From a methane-oxidizing endosymbiont of Gigantopelta aegis (GTDB lineage Bacteria > Pseudomonadota > Gammaproteobacteria > Methylococcales > Methylomonadaceae): a stretch of 32,000 nucleotides of DNA. A program made the translations under genes and the position numbers. The notes beneath the pieces were generated by a model. That model was given only the letters and a program-made list of their open reading frames with translations. It did not search any database and was not told where the DNA came from. The stretch covers positions 1,391,693-1,423,692 of the forward strand of contig NZ_JAEHGD010000001.1 of NCBI RefSeq assembly GCF_016097405.1. Reading direction: 5' to 3'. Position 1 is the stretch's first letter; the number at the start of each line of letters is the position of its first letter. Of the stretch, positions 9,627-18,477 are shown one piece after another.

Positions 9627-9745
9627 TGCCTGGTGAACATAGCGAGCGTGAACCACCCGATCCCATCCCGAACTCGGAAGTGAAACCGCTTAGCGCCGAT
9701 GATAGTGTGGCAGGTTGCCATGTGAAAGTAGGGAATCGCCAGGCT
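9627..9745 (+). rRNA. rrf: 5S rRNA
   Basis: tgcctggtgaacatagcgagcgtgaaccacccgatcccatcccgaactcggaagtgaaac...gtagggaatcgccaggc is collinear with E. coli 5S. Confidence 0.9.
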
Positions 9746-9754
9746 CTTAAAATA

Positions 9755-9788
9755 AAGCCCAACCTTAATACTAAGGTTGGGCTTTTTT
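9755..9788 (+). terminator. Rho-independent terminator of the rrn operon
   Basis: Perfect 13-bp stem aagcccaacctta / taaggttgggctt with loop atac, followed by a T run. Confidence 0.8.
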
Positions 9789-9796
9789 GGCCTGTC

Positions 9797-9960
9797 GTCA
9801 AGTTAATCATGATGAGTACCATAGCGCCACTACAGTCTGGTCATAGACACATTCAGCACTCACACCGCCAAAATAACGAAACGCTGCATCATGTATCTGA
9901 ATAAAGCGCGCCGTATCAATCGGTTTGTCCGACACACTGACATGCATCAACCGCGGTAAA
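9797..9960 (-). pseudogene. IS21-family istA remnant, distal half
   Basis: The minus-strand translation RLMHVSVSDKPIDTARFIQIHDAAFRYFGGVSAECVYDQT matches the intact IstA in this window (SRLMHVSLSNKPINTEMLIKQHDVAFRYFGGMPEECVYDQT). It is truncated next to the rrn terminator. Confidence 0.5.
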
Positions 9961-10366
9961 TGTCAAAGTAACTGTCGCCAAAAGTTGAAAATTAATGAAT
10001 GATATTGGGCTTGTTGACTGAGCGCGAATCATTCGGTTTATCAGGATTTAGGCAGACGTCAGATTGCCAATCCCAGTTTCGGGTATGTTGACTCCATCGT
10101 TTGGGGTTTTGAGCTTTAGCGGCCTCATAGACCGCTTTACGCTGGATTATCGCCTGATCTTTAGCCTCATGGCGTTGGGCCGGTGTGACAAATTGAATAC
10201 CACTATGCCGATGCTGGTGATTGTACCAGTCCACAAAGCCTGCGACCCATTCCCTGGCAGCCGCTATTGTCTCAAAGGGCTGTGAAGGATATTTAGGCGT
10301 ATATTTAAGCGTCCTGAATAGGGATTCAAATAAGGATTGTCATTACTCACCGCTGGCCGACCCCTA
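9961..10366 (-). mobile_element. IS3-family element, 3' remnant (orfB C-terminus plus terminal IR)
   Basis: Terminal IR tgtcaaagtaactgtcgcc at 9961. The minus strand encodes ...RPAVSNDNPY/ESLFRTLKYTPKYPSQPFETIAAAREWVAGFVDWYNHQHRHSGIQFVTPAQRH (rve/DDE C-terminal region) with one frameshift. It is truncated near 10366. Confidence 0.6.
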
Positions 10367-10639
10367 AGAAAAATCATACCTGTCGCCTAGGAAATTTTAA
10401 ATCAGGAGACAAAAATGAGCGTATGTTAGCCAAAATTTAAAGTACAATCAGTAGAAAAGCATTATCCAGAAGACCAGAACAATCGCTAGTAGAAATTGCA
10501 GTTTTGAAGCCTAAGAAAAATCATCGAAAAAACAGAGTTCATTCAAGATTGGAATACAGTAGAACGTTTTGAAGCCATTGTCATCTCACCGATGATCAGG
10601 CTAGCGCCTATTGTCGTGAACAAGGCATCTACTTACATC

Positions 10640-11848
10640 ATCTAAATACCTGGAAAGCGGAATTTTTGTCAGAATCTAAATCAACAGAATCCGTATATAA
10701 ACAGGCGCAAACAAAACTCAAACAAGAAAACAAGCGTTTGCATAAGGAGCTAAACCGCAAAGAGAAAGCGTTATCAGAAACAGCGGCTTTACTGGTGTTA
10801 TCAAAAAAGTGCCAAGCGATCTGGGGGAAAAGGCGGCCGATTAATCGCCTACTCAGATCGCCAACACTACAGCGCACTCATTGATGAAGCCGTTGACAAT
10901 GGAGCGCGGCAGAAATTAGCCTGTGAACTGGTGGGTATATCAGCTCGAACCTATCAGCGTTGGAACCGGGGAGAAGGACTCTCAGAAGACCTACGACTGC
11001 ACAATACAGCGCCTGTGCACAATCAATTATCCGAGGCCATCAAGCAAGAAATCATCACCGTGATTAATAAACCGGAATACAGCGCTTTAACGCCGCATCA
11101 AATCGTTCCGAGGTTATTGGATTTGGGCTGCTATCTCGCATCAGAATCAACCTTTATCGTGTCATGAAAGCCCACAACCAGCTTAAGCACAGAGCTAAAG
11201 GAGCCGCAGGTCAGCATAATAAACCGCAGTCACTCAAAGCCACACAGGCCAATCAAATCTACTCGTGGGATATTACGTATTTATTAAGCCCCGTCAAAGG
11301 GCAGTATTTTTACCTCTACATGGTGATGGACATCTATAGTCGGAAAATCGTAGGCTGGCAAGTTCATGATGCCGAATCAAGCGCACACGCTGCTGATTTG
11401 ATCGAAGATATCGCTCGCCGGGAAAACATCGACAAAAAGCAATTGGTGATACATTCTGACAACGGCAGTCCGATGAAAGGCGCAACATTAAGGGCCAAAT
11501 TGGTCGATTTAGACATTGCCACGTCGTTCAGCAGACCTCGTGTCAGTAATGATAATCCTTATTCAGAATCGTTATTTAAAACAGTCAAATATCATCATAC
11601 CTTTCCAGAAAACCCTTTTAAAACATTAAGCGAAGCCAGGAACTGGGTTGAAGCTTTCGTTTGTTGGTTCAACAATGAACATCAACACAGTGCGCTCAAG
11701 TTTGTAACACCCAACCAACGCCATAACGGCTTAGACAGCGCCGTACTCGAAAAAGAAAACGAGTCATCGAGCAAGCAAAAAGAGACAATCCAGAGCGATG
11801 GAATGGACGACAAACACGAAATTTAACGCCCATTGGCCATGTTTATCT
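10640..11848 (+). pseudogene. IS3-family transposase orfA/orfB region with several frameshifts
   Basis: Track ORFs 10666..10884, 10931..11167 and 11164..11826 are consecutive pieces. For example STF|YRVMKAHNQLKHR is restored by one extra T at 11153..11155. The C-terminus needs another shift (LEKRKRVIEQAKRDNPERWNGRQTRNL). Confidence 0.55.
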
Positions 11849-11850
11849 TA

Positions 11851-12697
11851 GGGGCTGTTGCCATTTCACATAGGTAACCATAAAAGGCGCAAGCCAGAGC
11901 GATAGAGCCTTCAAAATTTCGTTTGAGTTTGTCATATCGCGTGGCGATCGCTCTGAAATGCTTAAGTCTTGCAAACACATTTTCAACGAGATGGCGATAT
12001 TTGTAGAGACACCAATCCATTTCATCATTTCCCCGAGTTGAATTCTTTTTCTTGGGATAACAGGAACAGCCCCTTTGTCTTAATTTGAAGACGTAATGCT
12101 TCACTGTCATAGCCTCTGTCAGCAACTATATAGTCACCTTTTGGGAGCTCTGCAACTAATTTCGGTGCTTCTTTACAGTCATGAACTTCGCCGCCTGTCA
12201 CTGAGAAATGAATAGGAAGACCACAGGCATCAACGGCCATATGAATTTTACTGGTGTTCCCGGCGACAGATTTCCCTATCGCTGTTTCTTGTTCACAGGC
12301 CGCACCACTACTATGCTGATGTGCTTTCACAATACTCCCATCAATAAATTCCCATTCCAGGTCTGGATCAACAACCAAGGCGTTAAAAATACCCATCAGT
12401 TTTTCTTTACGAGACCAGTCATTGAATCGTTTATATACCGCATTCCAATTACCAAAAGCCGTGGGTAAATCTCTCCAGGGACAACCTACTCGCAAGCGAT
12501 AAAAATACCTTCGACTGTTTTTCGAAGACAAGGTTTGTCATAAATTCCCATTTTCAACATAATTATCTTCAGTTTCTCCCAAAGTTCATCCGTAAGCATT
12601 TGTCGGGGCATAGTTTGCTTGTTTTTGAGTCAAAATAAACAATCTATGTGGCGGAGTTATTGAATTTCAAGGGGATTTTCAAAACGGCAACAGCCCC
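11851..12697 (-). mobile_element. IS5-family (IS427/IS1031-like) element, 847 bp, flanked by a TA duplication
   Basis: Terminal IRs ggggctgttgcc (11851..11862) and ggcaacagcccc (12686..12697), with TA at 11849..11850 and 12698..12699. Removing the element plus one TA restores the IS3 orfB frame. Transposase pieces on the minus strand: MPRQMLTDELWEKL..., YRLRVGCPWRDLP...DRGYDS..., and ...YKYRHLVENVFARLKHFRAIATRYDK. Confidence 0.7.
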
Positions 12698-12796
12698 TAA
12701 TCCGGATAAGGAAAATTTCAACACAACAGAATGTCAAGCAGCTTAATAAAATTCATTTCGTAAATTATTGCAAAAAATGCGACAGGTTGGTTGACA

Positions 12797-13020
12797 TTTA
12801 GCGCCGGGAAAAGGACAATACAAACACCACAAAATAAACCGTGGTCTCCACGCCATTAATCAATACGCCCCGAAGCTCCCCAGGGTCTACCTGACATTGC
12901 TCTCCGGGCACCATGTCTAGCACGGGCTGGTAGTACCGTTTTGATGGACAAGCCACCGTTTCTGATGATGGCCTGGCTGAAGTTGAAAAGTTATTCAGGT
13001 CTGAAATACGCTAGCTGTAT
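12797..13020 (-). pseudogene. IS21-family istA remnant, proximal half
   Basis: The minus-strand translation RYYQPVLDMVPGEQCQVDPGELRGVLINGVETTVYFVVFVLSFS matches IstA (ARYYEPVIDMVPGEQCQVDGGELRGVMINGVETTVYLMVFVLSYS). It reads directly into the half at 9797..9960 once the IS3 block is removed. Confidence 0.5.
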
Positions 13021-13284
13021 ATCTTTAAGCCCTATTTGAACTTTAAGCCTATTTGAACGAAGCGTGTCGCGCAGCCCAGTCGGCGCTGGAATTTAGCGAC
13101 AGCCTCGGGGTCTGTGCGTTTCTGCCGTTGGGCGTTCATTAGTTCCAATCGGATTTTTTTTGATTTTTTCATGAGTTTTTTGAGTTTTGTTGATTAAAAA
13201 ATTCCAAAATACCCCTACCTATCCCCCAACAAAACCCACAAAACCTAAAAATTGGGGTTTTGTAGGTTTTGTTGCGTCCTTACA

Positions 13285-14589
13285 TTACGTTTTTGGGGAA
13301 AAATCAGGGTGTATCTGATAGATTGTAGAAGGACGGCCGCCTGTTTTTCCGGCTGGTAATCTTTTCTCACGAACATACCCGCACTCATCCAGAACATTTA
13401 ACGCTTGTTTCACAACGCCGGTGTCCGATAGCCCAGTCCACTTATGCATGACAATATCGCGGGCTTTAAAACCATCGGATAACTTGCCTTGCTTTATCTT
13501 TTTTCAGGATGGTTTCAGCATTGACTTCATCCATCGACACGGCCGTGTTGTAAACCCGGATAGCGTGCTGTTCCAGATAATCAACCCAAAGCAGTGCCTT
13601 TTTAAGGGGTGCAGTGTCAATTAAATCTGTGTGGCTGGGATTGTCTGTCAAGTGGATGATTACTGCCAGACTCGGCAGTAAAGAAGCGTACTTACCTAGA
13701 TGCTGTTCCATAACGGGATGAATATCATCACCTCGCAAGCGTTCTTGTAGCCTTGTGTACCAGTCATCAAACATCACTTGTGCATCAGGCGTAAAACTAG
13801 CCGGTTTCTCCCATCCTGCCCAGTTATCAAGGCGGGTAAAACATCAAGCGCTTGTTGTTTTACTTCGCCATCCCTCCGCTTGCGGTGTGGTTTGTAAGGG
13901 TGTGAGTCCGGCCAAACCATCAACTGAAAACGACTGATTAACCCGTCATTACCAGCACCACCACAAGTCGCTTGATTCAGGTAAGGGCGCAGGACACCGG
14001 GTTGGATATTACCCAGCATAGCCAAGCAGGTGCTCTCAATATCCACCGTACCGCGCCCAATCCGGTCGAATTGATAACGCTTTTTACCTTCAAAGCATTC
14101 CAGATAAAAAGCCCTGTCATTACTCCTGTCTTCGCGCTCAATGGTTTTCAAAAAGCCATAGATTTCATCCCGGTACAACATAATGCCATTGGGGTTTTCG
14201 CCTAAAATCTCGCCAAGTTTTTCGATAGTGCAATCATTCACAATATACCGCTTGCGGGTAGGTTTTTCGGCCTCTACGTTGTTTTCGCGTAGCATCTGTT
14301 CAGCCTCAGCAAACTTTTTATTTTTTACCAAACCGCGTGCAGTTTTTTAGCTTCATCCCGCCCTAGTTCAAGCAATGTGCTTTGTACTTCATACTCTTGT
14401 AATTCAGCTTCAAAAGTTTCTTTGGCTTTGATTTCAAGTTTTTCCAGTGGGCTTTTTCCTTCTTCAGCCAGTGGCGACTTAAACGCGCTCGGCCGCCCGA
14501 CATTCAACCCCCAAAGGTTTGGGCACACCACCCAGTCTGCGTGTTGGTTTGGCGAGATATAGCCTTTTTACCGATAACAGCAGACAAAG
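13285..14589 (-). pseudogene. DUF3987/YfjI-like (P4-type) replication/helicase-like protein; four frameshifts and an IS21 insertion near the N-terminus (N-terminal exon continues at 17059..about 17125)
   Basis: Consecutive minus-strand pieces: ...DYMAVSVMVALSAVIGKK | ISPNQHADWVVCPNLWGLNVGRPSAFKSP... | VKNKKFAEAEQ...RDEIYGFL...FYLECFEG...MLGNIQPG... | ...FDDWYTRLQERL...HLGKYASLLPSLAVI... | KIKQGKLSDGFKARDIVMHKWTGLSD...GGRPSTIYQIHP*. The shifts fall at runs 14565..14569, 14344..14349, 13838..13841 and 13499..13504. Confidence 0.6.
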
Positions 14590-14656
14590 TGTCAACGGCC
14601 AAAATAATTGAGCCAGTTTCGGCCATTAATATTGAGCCACTTTTCCAGAGAAATAG

Positions 14657-15427
14657 TTATTTGTTAAGTTTAGATTTCAGTCGATAACTTTCGCCTCCCA
14701 GCATAAAAATGTGTGAATGATGGATGAGCCTATCTACAATCGGCACGGCCACATTGTTGTCGAAAAAGAACTCACCCCAATTCGTAAATTCTTTGTTGGT
14801 TGTCAGGATGATTGAGCGGTATTCATAGAGCGCATTGATCAATTGAAACAAGTTGTGCATACCTTGTTTATTCATCGGTAGATAACCGAGCTCATCAATG
14901 ATCAACACATCAAATTTGAGTAGCTGATTGATTTTCTTTTTCAACTCGCCTTTGAGTTCAGCTAATTCCAATATTTCCATAAGAGCCAAAGCCGTGTTGA
15001 AGCTGACTTTATAGCCTGCATCAATCGCTTTAAGCCCCAGACCAATAGCCAGATGCGTTTTACCCACACCTGGCGGCCCGATAAAGACGACGTTATCTCG
15101 ATTATCAATAAAGTTAAAGTCACACAGGCTATTCATTTCACGCTTGCTGATCGTGGTCTGAAAGCGATAGTCAAACTCTTCCAGGCTTTTATGCAAGGGA
15201 AAACCTGATCGCCGTCTGTTTTGTTCAATACGTTTACTGTTGCGTTGATTTTCTTCATACTCAACCAGACTTTGTGCAAACTGTAGATAAGAACTTTCAT
15301 TTGCCTCAGCTTGGCTTAATAACGGCTCAAGATGTTCTGCAATGGCTGACATGCGTAGGCTTCGGAATTTCTGGGTGACCTGATCAATGGATGACATGGC
15401 TCTCTCCTTGACCGCCAGGGTGGCCAT
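14657..15427 (-). CDS. istB: IS21 helper ATPase IstB
   Basis: 256 aa with Walker A GPPGVGKTHLA and Walker B LLIIDELGY, typical IstB length, placed just downstream of istA. Confidence 0.9.
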   Translation of the reverse strand: MATLAVKERAMSSIDQVTQKFRSLRMSAIAEHLEPLLSQAEANESSYLQFAQSLVEYEENQRNSKRIEQNRRRSGFPLHKSLEEFDYRFQTTISKREMNSLCDFNFIDNRDNVVFIGPPGVGKTHLAIGLGLKAIDAGYKVSFNTALALMEILELAELKGELKKKINQLLKFDVLIIDELGYLPMNKQGMHNLFQLINALYEYRSIILTTNKEFTNWGEFFFDNNVAVPIVDRLIHHSHIFMLGGESYRLKSKLNK

Positions 15428-15445
15428 TTAGCGCAGCATAATGCG

Positions 15446-16944
15446 CTAATGCACTATTACCCTGATTAACTTGATCCTGTGTGACTTGCTGACTCTGTGA
15501 GTCGTTATTTTCTCTGGGTTTTGTTGGAAAGCCAGCAGACGTTCTCTTAACCCTGTTGCTGTTAAGCGCGGTGTATTGATCAATCGTGATAAATGTTCTG
15601 CTTCAATAGCACCATATTGTTTGCAATACGCGCTGACTATTTGTTTAGCGCCCAAAAGCTGGTCTTTATATATTTTGGGTGAGGTCGTTTTAAGTAAGGC
15701 GCATAAAGCCTGAGTCTGCTCTGTGTCACCTAAAATGTGTAAAAGCTCAGCTTCTAAGTCTTTTATCCTCTGGGCTTTATCACGGTAATGATCGGTGTTC
15801 TTGATGACTTGACCTTTCTCGATGCTGATCAGGTGTTCAGCAATTTTGTTACCTGTTTCTAAATCACTGATGATTAACTGACCTGTTTCGGTTTTGACAC
15901 CGACACGGGCACTTTGATAGGCCATCGGCACGGAGTATTTATTGGATTGCCAAGCGATAAGTCCTGTTTTATCGGCTTTACGTGTAGCGACAGTACTTGC
16001 TGAATAAGACGCTATACAGGAAGGTGTCAAATAAGGCTGCATATGAGCCTGTTCTGACTGATCATAATATTCTCTGGGTTTTTTACCTGTGCTGCCATGA
16101 ACACGTTGATTAGCGGTATTATCCAACCAGTCAGAAAAATACTGTTCTAATTCATGCCAGCTGGCAAAGCTTTCACCATAGAGCCCATTGTTTTTGGCAT
16201 ACTTTACACCTGCTTCAACCTTGCCCTTGCTTTCTGGGTCATAGCCTTCACAGGCATGAATACGAAATCCAGCGGCGGTTGCATACTGAAAAAAAGCTGA
16301 TTAAGGTTTAATTCCCTGAAGGTTTCACTGATAACCACCAGTTTAGTTTGATCATAAACACATTCCTCAGGCATGCCGCCAAAATAACGGAAGGCGACAT
16401 CATGCTGTTTGATCAACATCTCGGTATTAATCGGCTTATTTGATAAAGATACATGCATTAAACGAGAATAAGACAATACGAAGACCATTAAATAAACGGT
16501 GGTTTCAACACCATTAATCATCACGCCACGCAGTTCACCGCCATCAACCTGACATTGTTCGCCAGGCACCATATCTATGACAGGCTCATAGTAACGGGCT
16601 TGCTTAAAACTGATTTCTTGCTTCAGTGCTTGAATATAGCGTCTGACAGAACGATCTGACACGCTCAGTGTTTCAACCTTGGCCTTCAGTTTACGTAACA
16701 CTTTAACCGCTGATAAATCGGGATAGGTTTGCAGCAGTTGAATAATGTAGTCCCGATATTCATCTAGTTTCTTAGTTCTATCGGTATCGGACAATATCTC
16801 AGTAATTTCTGTTTCTGGCATGTTGAGATATTTACTGACGGTATTGCGAGAAACACCCAATTGTTTGGCAATCTTACGCTTCGATAAACCATTGCCTTGA
16901 TTGTGTAATGCTTTGATCTGATGAATCACGATCCACTCCTTCAT
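15446..16944 (-). CDS. istA: IS21 transposase IstA (single frameshift as assembled)
   Basis: Track ORFs 16204..16944 (HTH plus DDE N-terminal part) and 15446..16126 are one gene. The frame change is at the plus-strand A7 run 16289..16295. One extra base gives ...NLNQLFFQYATAAGFRIHACEGYDPESKGKVEAGVKY... Confidence 0.8.
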
Positions 16945-17123
16945 AACGTTCCCTAGATAAATAGAGGGACTGTTACAGCTTTAATATAAAAAAGAAAGTC
17001 TGGAAAAGTGGCTCAATATTAATGGCCAGTTTTGGCTCAGTTTAAATGGCCATTAACAACAAAGCAACCATCACCGACACGGCCATATAATCGGGTGCAC
17101 TCGATATTTGTTTTGAAAAGTCA

Positions 17124-17529
17124 TCAACCCATCATCTCGGTGAGTGCGGCCTGTGCTGCAAGCCAGCGCTCACAAGGCAATGGCATCATTAACGGCACCA
17201 AAACCCGCCAGCGTCGATTATCGGGCTTTGATGAGGCAGTGCTGTAAATGATGCAGGCAAACTCACTCCATAAAGCGAGTGTAAGCTTTTGTTTTATATC
17301 ACTTAAAGACAAGTTGCCATCGTCAATATCCTGCCAAAGCATCGTCATTGAATCGTGCGCCAGAACTGCGGTTTTGGTTTTTTCGTTCGCCGTGTGCGGT
17401 GCAATGGCGCGCGCATCGGTTTTGGGCAGGGTGACTGGATTCTGCGCCATTTCGATTAAATCATCGAACGACAATCGTTTGCTGGAACGTGGTTGTGTTA
17501 CGTTTTCGAATACTGTACAAATTTCACTC
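17124..17529 (-). CDS. Island hypothetical protein
   Basis: ORF of 140 aa, likely starting at MSEICTVFENV. It is translationally coupled to the flanking island genes (its stop overlaps the start region of the DUF3987-like gene). No motif recognised. Confidence 0.45.
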
Positions 17530-17533
17530 ATTT

Positions 17534-17836
17534 TCACACACCCCACTCGTCGCTCAGGGCGCGCAGGGCTTCGATAAAGCCCAAGCCATACCGTCGCATC
17601 ATGAAGGCGATAATATCACCGCCAGCCGCGTCACAGGCGAAGCATTTAAACGCACCTGTTTGAACATTCACGAAAAAGCTGCCGGGCTTATTGTCTGCGT
17701 GAAATGGGCACAGCTCTCCATCATTCCACTCGCGACCATTAAGTTTTGCGCCGGGCAGTTCATATTTGAAAAAATCTAACGGATGGATTGCGTTTTTGAT
17801 ATAATTAACATTGAGTGATTTGGTTGTCGCTCTCAT
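17534..17836 (-). CDS. CHC2 zinc-finger protein (DnaG-primase zinc-binding-domain-like)
   Basis: 100 aa with CPFHADNKPGSF...FKCFACDAAGGDIIAF, the CHC2 primase zinc-finger signature. Overlaps the alpA stop by 4 nt. Confidence 0.65.
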   Translation of the reverse strand: MRATTKSLNVNYIKNAIHPLDFFKYELPGAKLNGREWNDGELCPFHADNKPGSFFVNVQTGAFKCFACDAAGGDIIAFMMRRYGLGFIEALRALSDEWGV

Positions 17837-18045
17837 TTTGCGGCCTCCTCATTTTTTGAGGGGGCGCAGTCGCGCTCGGCGATACGGGCGTTAAGCCATT
17901 GATTGACTTCGGATTCAAGCCAACCGCTGGAACGCGCAGAGAGTTTGATTTGGCGGGGAAATAGACCTCGCGATGCCATTTTATAGAGTTGGCTGCGTGA
18001 AAGGCCGGTTTGGGCGATAACGTCTTTGATTTTTAAGATTTTCAT
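17833..18045 (-). CDS. alpA: AlpA-family phage/island transcriptional regulator (excisionase-like HTH)
   Basis: 70 aa: MKILKIKDVIAQTGLSRSQLYKMASRGLFPRQIKLSARSSGWLESEVNQWL, the AlpA/HTH_17 pattern. Confidence 0.8.
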   Translation of the reverse strand: MKILKIKDVIAQTGLSRSQLYKMASRGLFPRQIKLSARSSGWLESEVNQWLNARIAERDCAPSKNEEAAK

Positions 18046-18308
18046 TTACTTTTGTCCTGTAAAAAGTAAATGAACGCGAAGCATAAAAATAAATAAAACA
18101 AAAAAAGTTTACTAATTTATTTATTTGGTTTATCATTCAACTGTGGATGATATTCATTGTCCGCGTTCATTTTTTATTGATGAATAATCAAAAGCTTCGT
18201 GAATATGCCGCCAAGCCATCACGAGGCTTTTTTGCGCTTGTCTAAAAAAGACAAGCGCATTATATCGCAAAATGACCATCAGTGTCTTTTTGCTTTGAAT
18301 AAATCAGA

Positions 18309-18356
18309 CACAATATATTGTGCCTAGCTTCAGGCTTAAAACACAATATATTGTGT
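18309..18356. promoter_or_regulatory. Pair of palindromic operator-like sites in the int-alpA intergenic region
   Basis: cacaatatattgtg (18309..18322) and acacaatatattgtgt (18341..18356) are perfect palindromes, centres 33 bp apart. Confidence 0.4.
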
Positions 18357-18477
18357 TTTCTTATTATTCAACAACTTACCAAACAAGATAAAATTTTGTA
18401 AGCTATATCAATTAGTTGAGTGTGTTTTGCATAACCGGCAAGCATTGCCGGTGTGTGGGGCAAAATCCGCGCTGCAA

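Larger units (their letters stand above)
10367..12796 (+). mobile_element. IS3-family element (degenerate, 5' end rearranged), interrupted by an IS5-family insertion
   Basis: orfA-like coiled-coil region (YCREQGIYLHHLNTWKAEF...KQENKRLHKELNRKEKALSETAALLVLSKK). orfB has an HTH and a DDE/rve core (YSWDITYL...IHSDNGSPMK...SNDNPYSESLFKTVKY...NNEHQHSAL). The right IR gcgacaggttggttgaca ends at 12796. The reading frame resumes across the IS5 insertion (GHVYL|NPDKENF). Confidence 0.55.
14590..17058 (-). mobile_element. IS21-family insertion sequence, 2469 bp, with a 6-bp target duplication ACAAAG
   Basis: Ends tgtcaacggcc... (14590) and ...ggccattaaca (17058), with a shared 28-nt subterminal repeat ggccattaatattgagccacttttccag at both ends. 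Direct repeat acaaag at 14584..14589 and 17059..17064. Carries istA and istB. Confidence 0.85.

Noticed and set aside
12025-12125. Programmed -1 frameshift site in the IS5/IS427-like transposase (aaagggg / cccaagaaaaag region)
   Set aside because: Restoring the family-typical path ...KTKG-AVPVIP-KKKNSTRG... needs two separate shifts within 30 nt. That does not fit a single programmed slippery site, so I cannot distinguish recoding from decay or sequencing error.
13032-13172. 46-aa minus-strand ORF (MKKSKKIRLELMNAQRQKRTDPEAVAKFQRRLGCATRFVQIGLKFK) between the IS21 remnant and the island, overlapping a ctatttgaac direct repeat
   Set aside because: It is too short and featureless to support as a gene. 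It could be an island-end remnant, so I note it but do not call it.
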